A stretch of 64,000 bases of DNA, from positions 13,702,001 through 13,766,000 of the forward strand of contig NW_024704745.1 in assembly GCF_018977255.1 (NCBI RefSeq). Reading direction: 5' to 3'. The position numbers were made by a program, and so were the translations under genes. Below, in pieces: positions 23,860 to 38,552 of this stretch. This DNA is from Callorhinchus milii (Eukaryota). The notes under the pieces were generated by a model. The model did not search any database and was not told where the DNA came from. It saw only the letters and a list, made by a program, of their open reading frames with translations. How positions within the stretch are numbered: the first letter of the stretch is position 1; each line of letters begins with the position of its first letter.

Positions 23860-24440
23860 CCCCACCCCAGGCTGGTCCCCCGCCCCCACCCCAGGCTGGT
23901 CCCCCGCCCCCACCCAGGCTGGTCCCCCGCCCCCACCCCAGGCTGGTCCCCCGCCCCCACCCCAGGCTGGTCCCCCGCCCCACCCCAGGCTGGTCCCCTG
24001 CCCCACCCCAGGCTGGTCCCCCGCCCCACCCCAGGCTGGTCCCCGCCCCACCCCAGGCTGGTCCCCCGCCCCCACCCCAGGCTGGTCCCCCGCCCCCACC
24101 CCAGGCTGGTCCCCCGCCCCCACCCCAGGCTGGTCCCCCGCCCCCACCCCAGGCTGGTCCCCCGCCCCCACCCCAGGCTGGTCCCCCGCCCCCACCCCAG
24201 GCTGGTCCCCCGCCCCCACCCCAGGCTGGTCCCCCGCCCCACCCCAGGCTGGTCCCCCGCCCCACCCCAGGCTGGTCCCCCGCCCCCACCCCAGGCTGGT
24301 CCCCCGCCCCACCCCAGGCTGGTCCCCCGCCCCCACCCAGGCTGGTCCCCCGCCCCACCCCAGGCTGGTCCCCCGCCCCACCCCAGGCTGGTCCCCCGCC
24401 CCACCCCAGGCTGGTCCCCTGCCCCACCCCAGGGTGGTCC
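23860..24440. repeat. GC-rich ~23-24-bp minisatellite (~24 copies)
   Basis: Unit CCCC(C)ACCCCAGGCTGGTCCCCCG repeated head to tail. Confidence 0.97.
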
Positions 24441-27370
24441 ACCCTCCTTAGATGTGAACTGGCTTCAAGGTGACGATCTAGCCAACAACATTACAGAGTC
24501 CAGTCAACGGCAGTCTTGGTGGTCTATCAAATGCAAGGATTATTATTATTATTATTGCTGTAGTACTCCAGGGCACCTCTGTGGACAGACAGTCGGCTTG
24601 GCTCCTGGATAGGGCCTGGCGGGTCAGACCAATCGCTGGGATTCTTCCCATTCATTCTGTCCGTGTTAACCCGTAAACCGAAGCCCTGATGGGTAGAAGG
24701 GTTCCAGGTGAAGAAGCTGTGGGAAGCGAGCCAGGCTGTGCACTCAAGAGCAAGCTGTGTGGTTTTAGCTGCTTAAGCTCCAGCCGTCAGCCCCCCACCC
24801 CACACACACACACAACGACCTGCGTTTATATAGCACCTTTCAAGTGGGTAGCATCTCAGAACGCTCACCCTCTGGTCTGGACTCTTGCCAACCTATATGC
24901 CTAGGTCTCCAGAATTAGGTAAGCAGGTTGCTTCCCTGAGGTTTGAAATATCCTTAATCATGATGATGTGTTTCTGCCTGCGTCAGACTGACTGGCTGAC
25001 CAAAAAATATTATCTGAACACATGGAATGTGGAACCTATCCCACTCTTGACAGAAGGCCAAGGCAAACAGCTCCAGTCGTTTGGACTTACTTGGTCCTTC
25101 GGATCGCGTGAATTACGTATTCATTAAAATCTGCAGTGAAGCGCCAAGTAATCTCCATCTAGAGGTTTACTGTACTTTCCAGATCAGCTCCATCTTGAGG
25201 AACATATTAGATATTCTAGGTAAGGAAAGAGTTATTTATGTTGGCTTTTTCAGGAACATTAGTCAATGTTTTCCTTTATCTTCCCATGCAATTTAGCGCT
25301 CCCTGGCTTTGATGAGTTTCTACAAATGCAGCAGTTCCTACAGCTAGGATAAGGAGTCAGTTTGACTACACACAGGACAAGTGCTTATTTTCAGAGATTC
25401 TGTCAGGGCAGCCACTTCTCTGAGAACAAAACAATTTCCTGGGGAATTTGTACTGGAAAATCATTTTGAACTTCCTGAAAACTAGCAAGGTATATGGACA
25501 TGTTGGTGTCAGTTAACGAGGATTACATACTCAGAAATAACTGATGTGACTTCACTTTCCATTACTCCTCCTAGTAGGCAAGTATCCAAGTCAGTTCTGC
25601 CCAGATATCCCTGCTGACATTGATGGCATAAACCTACACATTGCATCAAGTTACACTGATTACCAACATTAACTGGAAATCTGCTTTCGGGAAATTATAC
25701 AAAAAGCAAGTCTTTGGCTGGTGTTTGTGATGCTCCTATAGAAGGAAAATACAACCTGGGTAAGATTAAAAAAATCCTCGTGAGCATTTTCTCTCCACTT
25801 GTGGCCCTATCTTTTAGGTTTTTCACATTTAGCAGGTTGCTAGGCTTACTTTAACTATGTGACCAGTCAGCAAGTATTCATTAGTATTCATTCACAGCTT
25901 GACATTTGTTGTGTACTGCAAAGCACCCAAACACTGCTGCGGCCTTCGCTGGTATTGACGTAGTGGGTAATGAAGTATCTTGGCATAAACGCTTGCAATC
26001 TCAACAAAAAATATTGCAATGACACAATTGCTCTCATTGATGAACTTCCTCGCCAATATCAGGCAAAAATTAATCATGGAAGTTTTTGTTTAGGACTTTT
26101 AAATTTTTTTAAATGTTAGGCTGGGGAGAAGGGCATGTTCTAAGTTACTTGTCCTGCAATTAGGGAACTATAAGTAAAATAGGTGTCTATTTCCTTACCA
26201 TAACACTACAAATGAGTGATTTGGGGCACAAATTATGTTTTCACTGTGCCATGTTTTGTTTTCTCTCCAACCCCAGCCTGATTGCCCAACATTGATTGCA
26301 TTAGAACATGTATTACTGAGAATATGCAGCTAGCTGCTATTTTGGTCACTGCTTCTGTAGTTTAAGTTTTACCTTTTGTTATCTTCAGGTGAGAAGTAAA
26401 AGGGAATTTAATTGAACTAGCAAATTCCTGAGGACAGACAAGAAACACAACTGTTCCTGTATAATCATGGTTAGTCATAAACTAAGACGTTTTTTTAAAA
26501 AAAAGACAGCTTTGCAATGGAACTGGACTTGGACATATATTTTGTGGTGGATGAGATTAAAATGGTTGATCTTGAATACTCTTCGACCGTTCTTCCTTAA
26601 CTTACGGATACAAGTTGTTGTATTTTACCTGCCTATTGAATTCCAAACTTCCAGATTGAATCCATCATCTCCAAGACACAATGCAATCTGAATGGGAGCC
26701 TACAACCCAATAATAATCTAATTCAGTCGGGAATCCCAAGACTCTGGAATATTCAAAAATAAAAGTTCTTTAAAAAAGTGACTCCCTCATGACAGCATAG
26801 CTTGATGTTTCCTGCAAAGAAGCTAGAACATTAACCCATGCTACACTTTAAATCGAAGAGCAAAGACTTCAAACAACTCACGTTGTTTTCCCTACCTTTA
26901 CTGCATTGTTTCTTCTTGAGATTGCCAACGTAATCCCACTACTGAATACCAAAGGCATAACTACAGAAAGACATTAGATAAAGGAAAAACAGACACTATT
27001 CATTTCTATCAGTTACAAAGGTTCTCACCAAAATTTCATTTAAAAGGTCTAGCGATATAAATGTCAAGTAATTTCCATTATAAGTGCGATGCACAATAAA
27101 ATATAAGTCAGCATGACAATCTAATGGTTTATAACATTATAAAGTGGTAACAAATAGGTTTCTTACTGGCAAAGTTTAGCAATAGTATATATATTTGCCA
27201 AGAACAACTCACCCATAATGCTTCAGATGTGATCAGCTCAAAGAATGCACAGTGCTATGTGCTTTATTTAGCTTTGCTTCTACTGTATTTTTTTAAAAAC
27301 TACATGCAATGCAAAATATTTATTGTAACAAACATGTATACAGGAAGACAGAATGGACATACAAAATTAA

Positions 27371-30300
27371 CTACTTTTCTAGAGATTGCACAAATTCGCT
27401 TTTCTCTCGGTACAACTCGATTACGGAACGAAGATTGGTCAAGATGTCTTCCTTCAACAGCTCTTCACAATCTCGAGAATTTCTTTTTTCATAATCCAGA
27501 AGAAAGTTCTAAACAAAAAAAGTTAATTATAATAATACTTGCATTTGATAACAGTGCCTTATATCGAGAAGTCTCAAACCGCTTCACAGGATATACCGTA
27601 AAGTGAATTAACTGTATATTGTGGTGGGAATGCTGTAGCCAATTGCGTGCAGCAGTGTCCCATAAACACAGTCTTGGACTGACTGACTTTTTTAAAAAAA
27701 GGGATTATTACTCACGGAAAAACGATTTGCCAATCGACTAACAACTGGGTTCCTACTTACTGCTAACAAAGTCATAATCCCAATGAAAAGTTTCCATCTA
27801 CATGTTTACCATTGATTTGCTAAAGTGGAGTAAACTGGAAGGAAATTGTACAGCAGAAAGCCAATTGAATCTATCAGACTTCAATTTCAAGTGGGGACAT
27901 ATTATTTCCCCAACATTTTCTATATGAATTTTTAAAAAAAATTTTGTTGTCTTGTACACTGTCTTGGTGGTTCTTTATATAACAGCTTATAAAAATATAG
28001 CAATGAAAGAATAAAAGATTAATCAGTCATATTTCCTCCTCACTGATCAATTTCTGTTTGTTTGACTTTGCCATGCACCCTCATAGGCACAATCTCATTA
28101 AACCTACAGTTAAAGTCTGTCCAAATGATCAATTTTACACTTTACAAGTTGTTGTAAGTTGCAATACCTCAATACTGGTGATGTGCTGAGCTGCACTGTC
28201 CAAGCACAACCGAAAGTTGCTAGTCATTCTTGTCTTTTCTTCGTTTGTTTTCTGCTGGACTATTTCAAACCTGGAAATAAAAAAAATAATTATCAATGCA
28301 GCAAATGTTTTCTAGAAGCATGAGTCTTCTCAGGTTTTTCAATTAGCAGTCCATTTTTCTCCAAAATGCAGCAGTGAACCAAAGAAAGTTTTTAGTTTGA
28401 AAAGAAAATCTCTATATAGCATTCAGTATTTGTTAAAACACTTCCATTTTTTTTTTCTTTCTCTTCGTTAGTGTCTGGACATAGGGTATTGCACAGGCAA
28501 AGTGAATAATAATAATCCTTGCATTTGATATAGTTCCTTATCAAGTCGTCGAGACATCTCAAAGCGCTTCACAGAATATACGCGGCAGCCAATTGCACAT
28601 AACAGTATCTGACAAACATTTGTGGATTGAATGACAATTTGTTTTATTATTACTACTTTTTTTGAAGGAATTATTACCCCCAGAAAAGCGATCCACCAAT
28701 CGACTAACAACTGGGTTCCTACTTATTGCTTAGCTAAACAGAGGGTGTGTACTAAGGAAACCTGCCCAATGTTTCGCCCCGCTCGGGAATTGAACCCGGG
28801 TCCTCTCACTTACAAGGTGAGTGCTCTAACCAATAATGCATTTGCTGAACCAGAGCAAGAACCTAAAAGTTGTACTCCCTCCTGGTTTACTATTTCAGGT
28901 GTAGATACTCATAGCTTTGCTATGTTCACCTTTTAAAGATAGCAAGTTGAACGTGACCATGAAAAGACTCCAAGTTAGATTTCAAACAGGAGGTATACTC
29001 ACATATGCCGAGCTGCCTTTCGCTGCTCCAATGCATCATCAAGCCCTTCAGTCATTCCCTTCTGCAAATATTTTCTCTTGTTTTCTAGAGAGTCAAGCTC
29101 ACCATCTTGCATTGCTATTTTGCGTTCATCCTCCTAAAAAATAAATTAGTTATAGTAGTTTGAAATAGCATCACAATCAAACCTTAGTGAAGTGTGCTGT
29201 AAATAATGCTCACTCATTAATCGTCCCAACCAATTTTGAGAGACTTCGAACCACAGACTACTAAAATCTTATTTTAAAACATTCCACTCATTCCGTTAAG
29301 TTATTCCCTTAAACTTTTCTCAAAAGGCACAATACTGGCAATATTTTTCAAAACATTGGGTAGAAACAGGAATAAATTAAATGCTACATTAAAACTGAAA
29401 GTGTACCCGGCACTTTATCACCCTCAATGAAAGTAAAATTTGTTTTCTGTTGCAGATCTACCCAGCTGTGTGCAATTGGCTGCTGATTTTCTCCCACAAA
29501 ATATAGTTAATTCACTTTACAGTATAGTCTGTGAAGCACTTTAAGGCGGTCTTGAAAATGTGGTAAGGCGCTATACCAAATACAAGGATTATTATTATTA
29601 TTTTCTTACCTCTTTTTCCTGTTGCATTGCTTCATCCACTTTTCGGATTTGCTCATTCAACAATTTCAGGTCATTTGCCCTTTCAGCAATCATGGATTGA
29701 ACCTGGGAGAGGAAACAATTGTCACAAGTTGTTAGATACAGTAATATGTTTTCACACTATTATATACACTAGTACCTAATGCACTATAATGCAAAATGTA
29801 AGAACCTTGATGCACATATGAGAGAGATATGGGAGAGGGTACTAGGAGAGGTTGAGACTCAGATGAAGTATAAATATAACACAAAGTAGATGGGTCAAAG
29901 GGTCATTTTCCATGCTGCAACCTTCTATACAATTCTAGATAAGCCATGTATTTCACATCAATTCACTTTTCTTTTAAGTCAACTTCCAAATTGGATAGTT
30001 CTTGTACCTGTTCAATGCCTTCTTCCACATTCATCTTCTTGTTCTTCATTTTATTAATTTCTTCATTCACCTGCCTCACCAGCAGCATCAGGTTCGGCTG
30101 TTTAAAAGACACAAGGTCAAAAATAGTTCACAGAAAAATAAAAAGCATTAGTTGCTTAATCTCCTACTGCAGATAGTAATCTATTGAGTGGTGGCCAACT
30201 ATCTCTTTTATACTTAGTCTTCACTACACTTTGCAACCCAGGCCAAAATTCAGTGACTGACTATTTGCACAAAAAATAATTTAAACGTTTGTCACTGTAA

Positions 30301-33300
30301 CCAGCCATGCCTGATACACGTGTGCAACATGTTTTCATGCCAAATCCAAATTATTTGTCACTAAAAAGGGACATGCTACTCCAACTCACTGAACCATAGC
30401 ACTCTCAATGTAACAGAGTCTCACTTTCTGCAAAACAAAGAGATAGATCATTTAAACAAGTAATTTCCAGTATTTAATTGATGGGCTGTTCAAAGATAAA
30501 TGGAGCTGTGCTCTGCAGTGGGTACCAATTTAGCCCAAATTGCAAAGAGCACCACCTAGTGCACCAAAGTGCCTTTTGCTGTAACAATGGTATCGTCTGG
30601 TCTTGCCATCAGGCTTTATTCCTGTCTCTGCTGAGATAGCCAACCCAACTGGGATGAATGCTGTAAATGGCCTTATCAACCCCGTGTAAGGGAGGGAACT
30701 TTCAGTCAGGATTTAGCCTCCTGATCAGTAACCACTAATGGAAAGTGTCCATATGTGGAAGTCAGGTGGGAACAGAACACGGCTTAGCTGTGATGCCCCT
30801 CTCCCTGACAACACTCACTGGATAGGTTTACACATTAAGAACTGGTACTTGGGAAGATACCATGGGACTTCCAGCACCCTGTGAATCTATGCCACTAACA
30901 GGGCATTGAGAAGGGGAGAAAATTGGCAACAACAACAAATTACACTATATTACAGGAACCATAATATACATCCCAATTATGCATCATAATTTTCTCAACT
31001 ACATCCTATGAAATATTTTGGGAATTTTTTAAAAATAATAAAAAGTTTGAAGAAAATTTTTATTTTTATTATTACTTTAATTGGTTTAGCATTTTGCGAT
31101 ATATTCCGCTGGCCAGCATCAAAATCCAATCTTATCTCGAAGTCGTGTCCTCCAGCATTTTCAGCCGTCGTAGGAATTAGTTTCAGTTTCCGAGCCAGTG
31201 TGTGGTACTTCAACAGGCCTGCTTCCAACTAAAATAAAGCAATGATGGGAAATGTGGTACAGAGCTGTTATAGTCTCTATATTATCAGCCCCAACAATTC
31301 AGCAATACATAGCATACTGTACAAGTCTGATGTATTAATAATTATACTTCCATTTGCCTTATCATGTCTTCACGACGTCTCAAAGCACTTCACAGAATAT
31401 ACTGTAAAGTGAATTGACTATATTTTGTGGGCGAACCATGGCAGCCAATTGCACGCAGCAGTGTCCCACAAACAGTCATGGATTGAGTGACCATTTTTTT
31501 TAAGAGAAATTATTACAATCAAATTAGAAAATTTTTAGGCGATGCAATTCTTCTTGCAAGTTGGCTTGCTTTCTGGGAATGATTTTACAGTAGGAAGAGT
31601 ACATTAACAAGTGAACTACTGAAAAAAAGGTCAAAATAAAAATGATAACTATTGAATATGTGTCTACAGCAGACTTGCATTCCCCATTTATTTACTGGCT
31701 AATTGGTATCTTTGACAGTTTAACAATCTTAATCCAAATAGTCCAAGCCATTTTCTCCCACTCACCACTTCCTTGACCTTAGCCACATTTATCTCTTCAT
31801 TCCACATACGTTTCTCAACATCTTCTAGGATTTTACTGAGTGAGGAGATTGTCTGAAGTAGCTCATTTCTTTCACGATTTATTCTCTCAACGTCAGAGGC
31901 CGAAATGTCTTGCACATCACATTTTTGCTGCAGTATATTATTCTCTTCATTAATTGCCTTCAACTCCAATGCTGAAATAGAATCATTGGACATAAAAGCA
32001 AATAGTTACATAACATTTGTCAATAGTCATACCTTTTGAACAGAGGTAACTGATAAGAGTACTGTGACACTTTCACCCCTCCCATAAACATTCTCAACAG
32101 CTAGGATTACACAATGAAGTCTGCATCTTTTCTATTTATGTAGTCTCTCTAAATAAAATAAAAATGATTTAGGTTGTTTTGCTAACCCCCAAATTACCAT
32201 CTGTCCAAATAAACCTATAATAGTAGGACAATGAAAGAAAGTCCATACTGAACTTCATACAATTTACATGTGTATAGTTGCCTTTTACATCAGGACGTTC
32301 CCAATTTTGATTGGGTACCAGAGCTGAAGCAATTGCAGTGGAACCCTGTTACAAGGTAGTCGTTGGAGGAGGGAATAAACTCAAACCAGCCTTATGAGGG
32401 GTGGAGGGGGAATTGATTTGAAGTGCTTTCAGATGTCCTCCTGATATGAAAGGTGATGTGCCAAATGTAAGGATTCTTATGAAATTAATGCTGCACAAAT
32501 TTGAGCAAAATAGTTCCCAACTCATTCATCCAAACTTTTTTCTCCACGCTCATTATTAAACTACAAAAATAATTGGGAGACCTGCTGATTCTAGTTCTTC
32601 CCGAACTGCATTCGCTCGCTGTTCATGAAAAGCTTTATGGGCTTCCATTTCCACAAGGTAGTTCTTATATTTCTGTAGGTCTGCTTGTAAGCTAGCTTTT
32701 GTTTTCTTCAGTGCTTGAACTCGGTCCTGAAAAAACAAACAGCAATGCACTCAGACAAGATCAAGGAGCTCGCCGTGTGAAGAATCGCATTGGAACTTAT
32801 CAGCCAACACTGTTCCATATATTCCAAATCACTGAAATACGTAAGGTAGATGAAAAGATATTAGCAACTGAATGTCACTGACTGGTTCATTCTCTTTTTC
32901 AATCTCCAGTCTTTCCAGCTCTTGTGCCAGACTCCTGTTCTCTGCAGACACAGCTTCAAACTGAGCCTCGTCCACTCCAAACCGTTGCTCTGTAAAACAA
33001 AACGCCTTGGACATTTGTTCGCGGTTTCAGCAGTTTCAATTCTCCAAGGGTTGTTGAACTCATTTTTAAAAAACTCCAAAACACAAAACATTCCACTTTA
33101 TTGCAATGATATTCTACACTTTAATTGCCAGATTTTCAAGAAAATCTTGAAAGTTATTTAAACTCAGAAATAGGAAGTTTAGACTGTGATGGTACACAAT
33201 GCTGAATATTAGCTCTCTGTGACAGGAGTTGCAGGATTTACAGCAGCAAAAACAACTTTTGTCTAATTATTTAATGCTTTTTGTTTAGTACAAAGCTTTT

Positions 33301-36300
33301 GTTTTGGTTAACCATAACTGATAACACACAGAGAGCCATCTTGCCACGTAAACATGATTCTGAGCTTCCATTGCCTGGTATTTCATCTCTTATGATTCAT
33401 TTGATCAGCGTTTTAACTCAGCAAATCATGGGGTGCTCACCATGTTAACCAGAGAAAACAACACAGTAGGATTCTACTAATGAACTTACAGGCTGCCGAT
33501 CAGCGGTTTCATAATGAAAACGTTTTCCCCCAGAAACATGTCCAAGTTATACTCACTCAACAAAGACAAGTGATCCAAGTTATCGTCATAGTTGTCTATG
33601 CCCATCATGAAGTTTATGTAACACTTTTCAGTGTAGTTAATGAACAACTAAAAAAACACAAAAACAAAAATCTGTAAAGTATTCGGTCCTTTCTTTTGGT
33701 CAGCACCTTGCTCAAGAGTATCCAAATCAAACAGAGTTCCATGCATCCCAACTGAACATGGAAATTCCAGATATTTAGTGGAATGGTAGGTGGGTGATCC
33801 TGCTTACCCAATACTTGAGAGTATTAGGTACTGGCAAGAACCAAGGCTTGGGGTCCCTAGAGTTTGTTGATGTATTGCTGGAGCCTAACTAGCTAAAACC
33901 AGATAGCTTGCCATTGATATCATTGTCTGGCAACCTTTCCTGCTGCTTGGACCACCTAACTGTCAACTAATTTAACTATAGGAATAATGAGAGCTGGGTG
34001 GGAAGACTCTTTGAGCTCCAAAGATACCCTGCAATGGGATATTACAGATTTACTGATCTACAAGGAGATTGCAGCTAACAATCAAATTTAAAAAAACAAA
34101 CATTTGCATCTCTCAGCAGACAATAAGGGATGAAGTGAGTTGTTTGAATAAATCCCATTTTCATGTAGCAAGTCCAAAAAAACTCAGGAATCATGTACCC
34201 TATTGTGATGAACACCATCCTCAGTCACTCTCTCTATCTGGTCCCAGTCCTTCTCATCACCAAATAGTATCTTATCTGGATCTGCAACACTCAGTAGCTG
34301 TTGGTAAGAAAAAGACAAACGTTTTATCCAAATTACGTTTACACAAATAATCTAGAAGTGGTTACACCGACATTGCTTTCTAGTCAAAGATCTGCTGCCA
34401 TAGCAATTATTGAAGTCAAAAAATTTAAAAAACAAAGGAGGTTAAAGTAATTTTATATTTAAAGTATTGTTACAGACTTTCCTCCTTTCAGGATATACTT
34501 AATCTCACGTCTCAATTTATAAGAAAAAATGTTAAATTACACTTACCTTAATCTGGTCCATTAGCCAAATCAATGCACCAACAATCTGTGGCCACGTGTG
34601 TGGAGCCCCAACTGTGTACATTGAGCTTTTCGACAATGGAAAGGGATACCTTGAATCAAGAGGAAAAGATTCAGCAACAGAAAGTAATATAAAAATAGAA
34701 AGTTTGTGTCAACCTGCGTAAAACTTTAATAATTTAGATTATAAGTGCTATAAAAAAGCAAGTTGTCTTTATAATAATAATCCTTGCATTTGATATAATG
34801 CCTCATCACGTAGTTGAGACATCTCAAAGCGTTTCACAGGATATACTGTAAAGTGAATTGACTATATTTTATATTAATACATTACAAGCACTTCTACCAA
34901 TCCCACATTCCCTGATCATTCTAAAATAATAAAAAAATTCTATAGATACACTAATGCAGCCAATGGCTGCAAATCATTATCAGCGATTCAGATCTTACCC
35001 AAGGTCTTTAAAGATTCTTGGAATCTCTTCCTCAAACTTCGAATCAGGTAGTTGATAGGATGGATCAATCGTGCTGTTCATGAAAGAGAAGATCCTCAGG
35101 AAATCCTTGGTAGAGGGAGACTGCAGACTTTTCATTGATACAGGTTGCGGATAACCAATCTCTCCAAGGAACTACAAATACAAGTTCAAAAGCAGAAATC
35201 AACAAAAATTTGCTTGACAAATAGATTTATTTCAAGTGCAGCTAACAGTGATATTAGGGAAAATCAAGAATCACTCTCACCTAACATAATATTAATATCA
35301 ATAATAATCCTTGCATTTGATATAGTGCCTTATTCACAGGATGTACTTTAAAGTGGTGCCACGTGTGTATTTTGCAAGTAAATGCGACAGCCAATTTGCG
35401 CACAGCAATGTCCCAGAGAGTAATGGAACATCCACTTCTTAGGTGAGAATAGACAACAGTGTACCAGAATTTTGTAGAATTAATAATAATAATAATCCTT
35501 GCATTTGATATAGCGCTTTTCACGTCGGGAGGATGTCCCAAAGCGCTTCACAGAACACACTGTAAAGTGAATTGACTGTATATTTGTGGGCGAACGCGGC
35601 AGCCAATTGCACACAGCAATGTCCCACAAACAGTCGTAGATTGAAAATGACCAATTTTATTATTGTTTTTGGTTTTGGAGGGATTATTATTAGGCGTGTG
35701 GAGTAAGGAAACTTGCCCAAGGTTTCACCCTCTGCCTGGAATTGAACTCAGGTCTCTCACTTGCAAAGCGAGTGCTCTAACCACTGAACTACAGGACTCC
35801 ACCTTGCTCAAAAGCTAGTTAGATGTCCAAGAGCAGCCTAGTTTTTTTTCCCCAAAACAGTTTCCTTCCCTTCCGGCTTGAAAACACTTAGCTTTTTCTG
35901 AGCACCTCCCAATGACAACATAGCTATATGATAAAAATTGAAAAAAACAGACATTCTGACAATTCAAGACTCAAATCATTAAGCAATAGAATATTGCCCC
36001 CCTCAAAGTCCAATACTAGTGGTTAGCCAAGGGTTCCAAACCTTCCCTACCCCGTGGCAATTTGTGATGTTATCTCATCTGGAGAGGGCACAGCCTTCAA
36101 AAATGTTACAGTATGCAATAGCATTTTCAACACAAGGTATGCATGGGTTATCCGGTGGTCTCAGTACCTCACAAAGCTGCCGAAGGCACTGTTGCACAAA
36201 GCTTTTATCGTGAAGGGGTCTTGGATCCTTTATTTTTTCTGGGCCTCCGAATGCTCCATGGGATCCAATAGTACTTGACCTGAAAAAGGGTTGGGGAGTA

Positions 36301-37980
36301 GAAACACCTGTAAGTTTTTAGAACATTAAAACATTTCCACTGATCCCCTCTTGTGTCAGTGACATAATCGACATGTAATCTTCAAATTAGTTTAAAATGC
36401 ACAATAGAGGAAATATGTATTTTTGATCAGTGCTAAATTAGCATTAGCCATTATATTATGTAAACTTTGTGCATTAAAAGTTATAATTCCACATGATTTG
36501 ATGTTCAAGAAGTTAAATACCAACATCACCTTCTGCCAAAGAAGCTTATTCTTCTCTCACAGTTGCCTGACCCAGGCCTTGTATTGGCCAGTCTGCCAAT
36601 TGCATGTCGGTCTTTCACACTGAGAACAAAAAAAAACACATCAACTACGCATGATGGGACAAACATTTTTCTACTACTTATCTTGCTCATTTTTGTTTAT
36701 TGATCCTTGTTTATTTTTAACTTTCTTGGACAGCTGGGTGTCTGACACATGCAGAGGCCAATACTATGCTTAAAACACCAGAGTTCCATGCATGTCGTCT
36801 ACCTTCTTTTCCCCCTCATGGGAATGCGTTTGGTCCATACCCTAACTATCTCCTTGAAGGCCTCCCATTGCTCGTTTACTGTTTTACTCGTCAATCTTTG
36901 CTTCCAACCATCTGGGCCAGATCCCTTTTCAACTCACTGAAATTAGCCCTCTCCCAGTTGAGCATCTTCACCTTTGATTGTTCCTACTCCCTTTCCATAA
37001 CTACTCTAAACCTAATGATATTGTGATCGCTGTGGAAACGTACTGATCAAGGAAGTTCTCCTGTACACATTTTAGGAATTCTTCCCCCTTCATGTGGAAT
37101 TCTTCCCAGTTTATGTTTGGATAATTGAAGTCTCCCATTATTACTACTCTATCGTTTTTACATCTTTCTGAAATCTGCTTGCGGATTTGCTCCTCTATAT
37201 CCTTCCCACTATTTGGTGGTCTGTAGTGTACACCCAGCAGCGTAACAGCTCTTCTTCTGCTCCTTAACTCTACCCAAATAGATTCTGTCTTTGATCCCTC
37301 TAGTACATCACTAGAGCCGTAATAGTATCTTTGATCAATACTGCCGCCACCCCTCTCCTTTTTATCCTTCTCTTATCCCTCCTGAATACATAGTAGCCAG
37401 GAATGTTAAGCTCCCATTTCTGCCATTGTTTGATCCAAGTCCCTGTTATTGCCACTACATCATAATCCCACATGGTAACTTGTGCCTGCAGCTCACCAAC
37501 CTTATTTGTCACACTATGTGCATGTATGTACACATAAACATGCACTCCAAAACAGCCTTTTTTGGCTTTGCATTTCTCCCCCATTTAATCCTGCCTCTGT
37601 GTTCCTTGTTTCTCCTCTCTGATGCTACTTCCTGGTTCCCTCGCACTCCTGCTAAATTAATTTAATACCTCCCCCACCCTCTACCCTTTTCTATCCTACG
37701 TCATTGGTTCCAACATGGACCACGACTTGTGGCTGTTCCCTTGCCCCCTCCAAAATGTTCTGTACACGTTCCATGACATCCTCCATCCTGGTACAAGGAG
37801 TTAAGCATTTTTGATATTTGATATTTGAACATAGGTTAGGAGTTGAAATATTTTCCATAGGTATTAGTTTTTACTTGTCAAGACACACACATACCTTTGC
37901 GGCGTGATCAATCCTAATCTATTGGCTTCACTAATTCTCTGAGGCTGCAGCGGCCTATAGGCGTTGGAGAGCCGACTCAT
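27371..37980 (-). CDS. NDC80: Kinetochore protein NDC80/HEC1, ~639 aa
   Basis: 16 coding exons with consistent phases: 37895-37980, 36530-36619, 36168-36279, 34999-35171, 34547-34649, 34199-34297, 33557-33647, 32883-32989, 32582-32726, 31766-31971, 31076-31228, 30008-30097, 29610-29702, 29003-29133, 28168-28270, 27371-27508 (sum 1920 nt). Motifs [75 protein letters not shown], followed by coiled coil. Confidence 0.97.
28504..28830 (-). mobile_element. tRNA-derived SINE (older subfamily)
   Basis: aataataatccttgcatttgatat tail and gggaattgaacccggg B-box in reverse orientation. Confidence 0.85.
30600..30930 (+). mobile_element. Ancient SINE relic, LF-SINE-like
   Basis: ggcttagctgtgatgcccc...acactcactg..taggtttacaca.taagaactggtacttggg resembles the LF-SINE core as I recall it; a related relic lies at ~8170-8440. 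Confidence 0.4.
35481..35800 (-). mobile_element. tRNA(Ala)-derived SINE, young full-length copy
   Basis: Near-identical to copies at 38239, 39258, 41028, 50329 and 61295; A-box, B-box and (ATT)n tail. Confidence 0.95.
36860..37800 (-). mobile_element. CR1 LINE fragment (ORF2 AP-endonuclease N-terminus)
   Basis: ORF 37300-37584 reads [30 protein letters not shown]...[12 protein letters not shown]...RGVA, typical of the CR1 endonuclease start; frame is broken. Confidence 0.85.
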
Positions 37981-38238
37981 TTGCTCAGCGGTTCAACTAT
38001 ATAAGACAAAGCAAAGGATTTTTAGATAATGCAGTAAATATGGTAACTAAAATATTTCAAACTGTTTGACAATATCCTTTAGTGTAAGTATTAAGAAATA
38101 CAGCATAGCAATTGCACATTTTTATGGTTTACTTTAATGAAGTTTGTGAACTAGAAATGATACACTATTATTGAATTGACAGCCAAATGCAGAAATCCCT
38201 CTTTCCATGTTGCCACTCTAAACCTGCTAAAGAAACGT

Positions 38239-38552
38239 GGAGTCCTGTAGCTCAGTGGTTAGAGCACTCGCTTTGCAAGTGAGAGACCTGAGTTCAATTC
38301 CAGGCAGAGGGCGAAACCTTGGGCAAGTTTCCTTACTCCACACAGAGCCTAATAATAATCCCTCCAAAAACCCAAAACAATAATAAATTGGTCATTTTCA
38401 ATCTACGACTGTTTGTGGGACACTGCTGTGCGCAATTGGCTGCCGCGTTCGCCCACAAATATACAGTCAATTCACTTTACAGTGTGTTCTGTGAAGCGCT
38501 TTGGAATGTCCTCCTGACATGAAAAGCGCTATATCAAATGCGAGGATTATTA
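38239..38552 (+). mobile_element. tRNA(Ala)-derived SINE, young full-length copy
   Basis: Head GGAGTCCTGTAGCTCAGTGGTTAGAGCACTCGCTTTGCAAG...GAGTTCAATTCC (A box, TGC anticodon loop, B box), family body and tail. Confidence 0.95.

Noticed and set aside
23860-24440. CRISPR-like array
   Set aside because: Units are contiguous with no unique spacers, and the context is vertebrate.
23662-24612. Pro/Gly-rich ORFs of 186-316 aa in several frames
   Set aside because: By-products of a stop-free GC-rich minisatellite; unit-length variation shifts frames arbitrarily.
38239-38310. tRNA-Ala(TGC)-like sequences here and at 39258, ~35730, ~41290, ~50550 and ~61540
   Set aside because: No proper acceptor stem, and each continues into the same ~250-nt body and (ATT)n tail, so they are SINE heads rather than tRNA genes.
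38319-38522. Recurrent ORF MGKFPYSTQSLIIIPPK... (also 35520, 39338, 41027, 61331)
   Set aside because: Translation of the non-coding SINE body from a TTG start; frames differ between copies.
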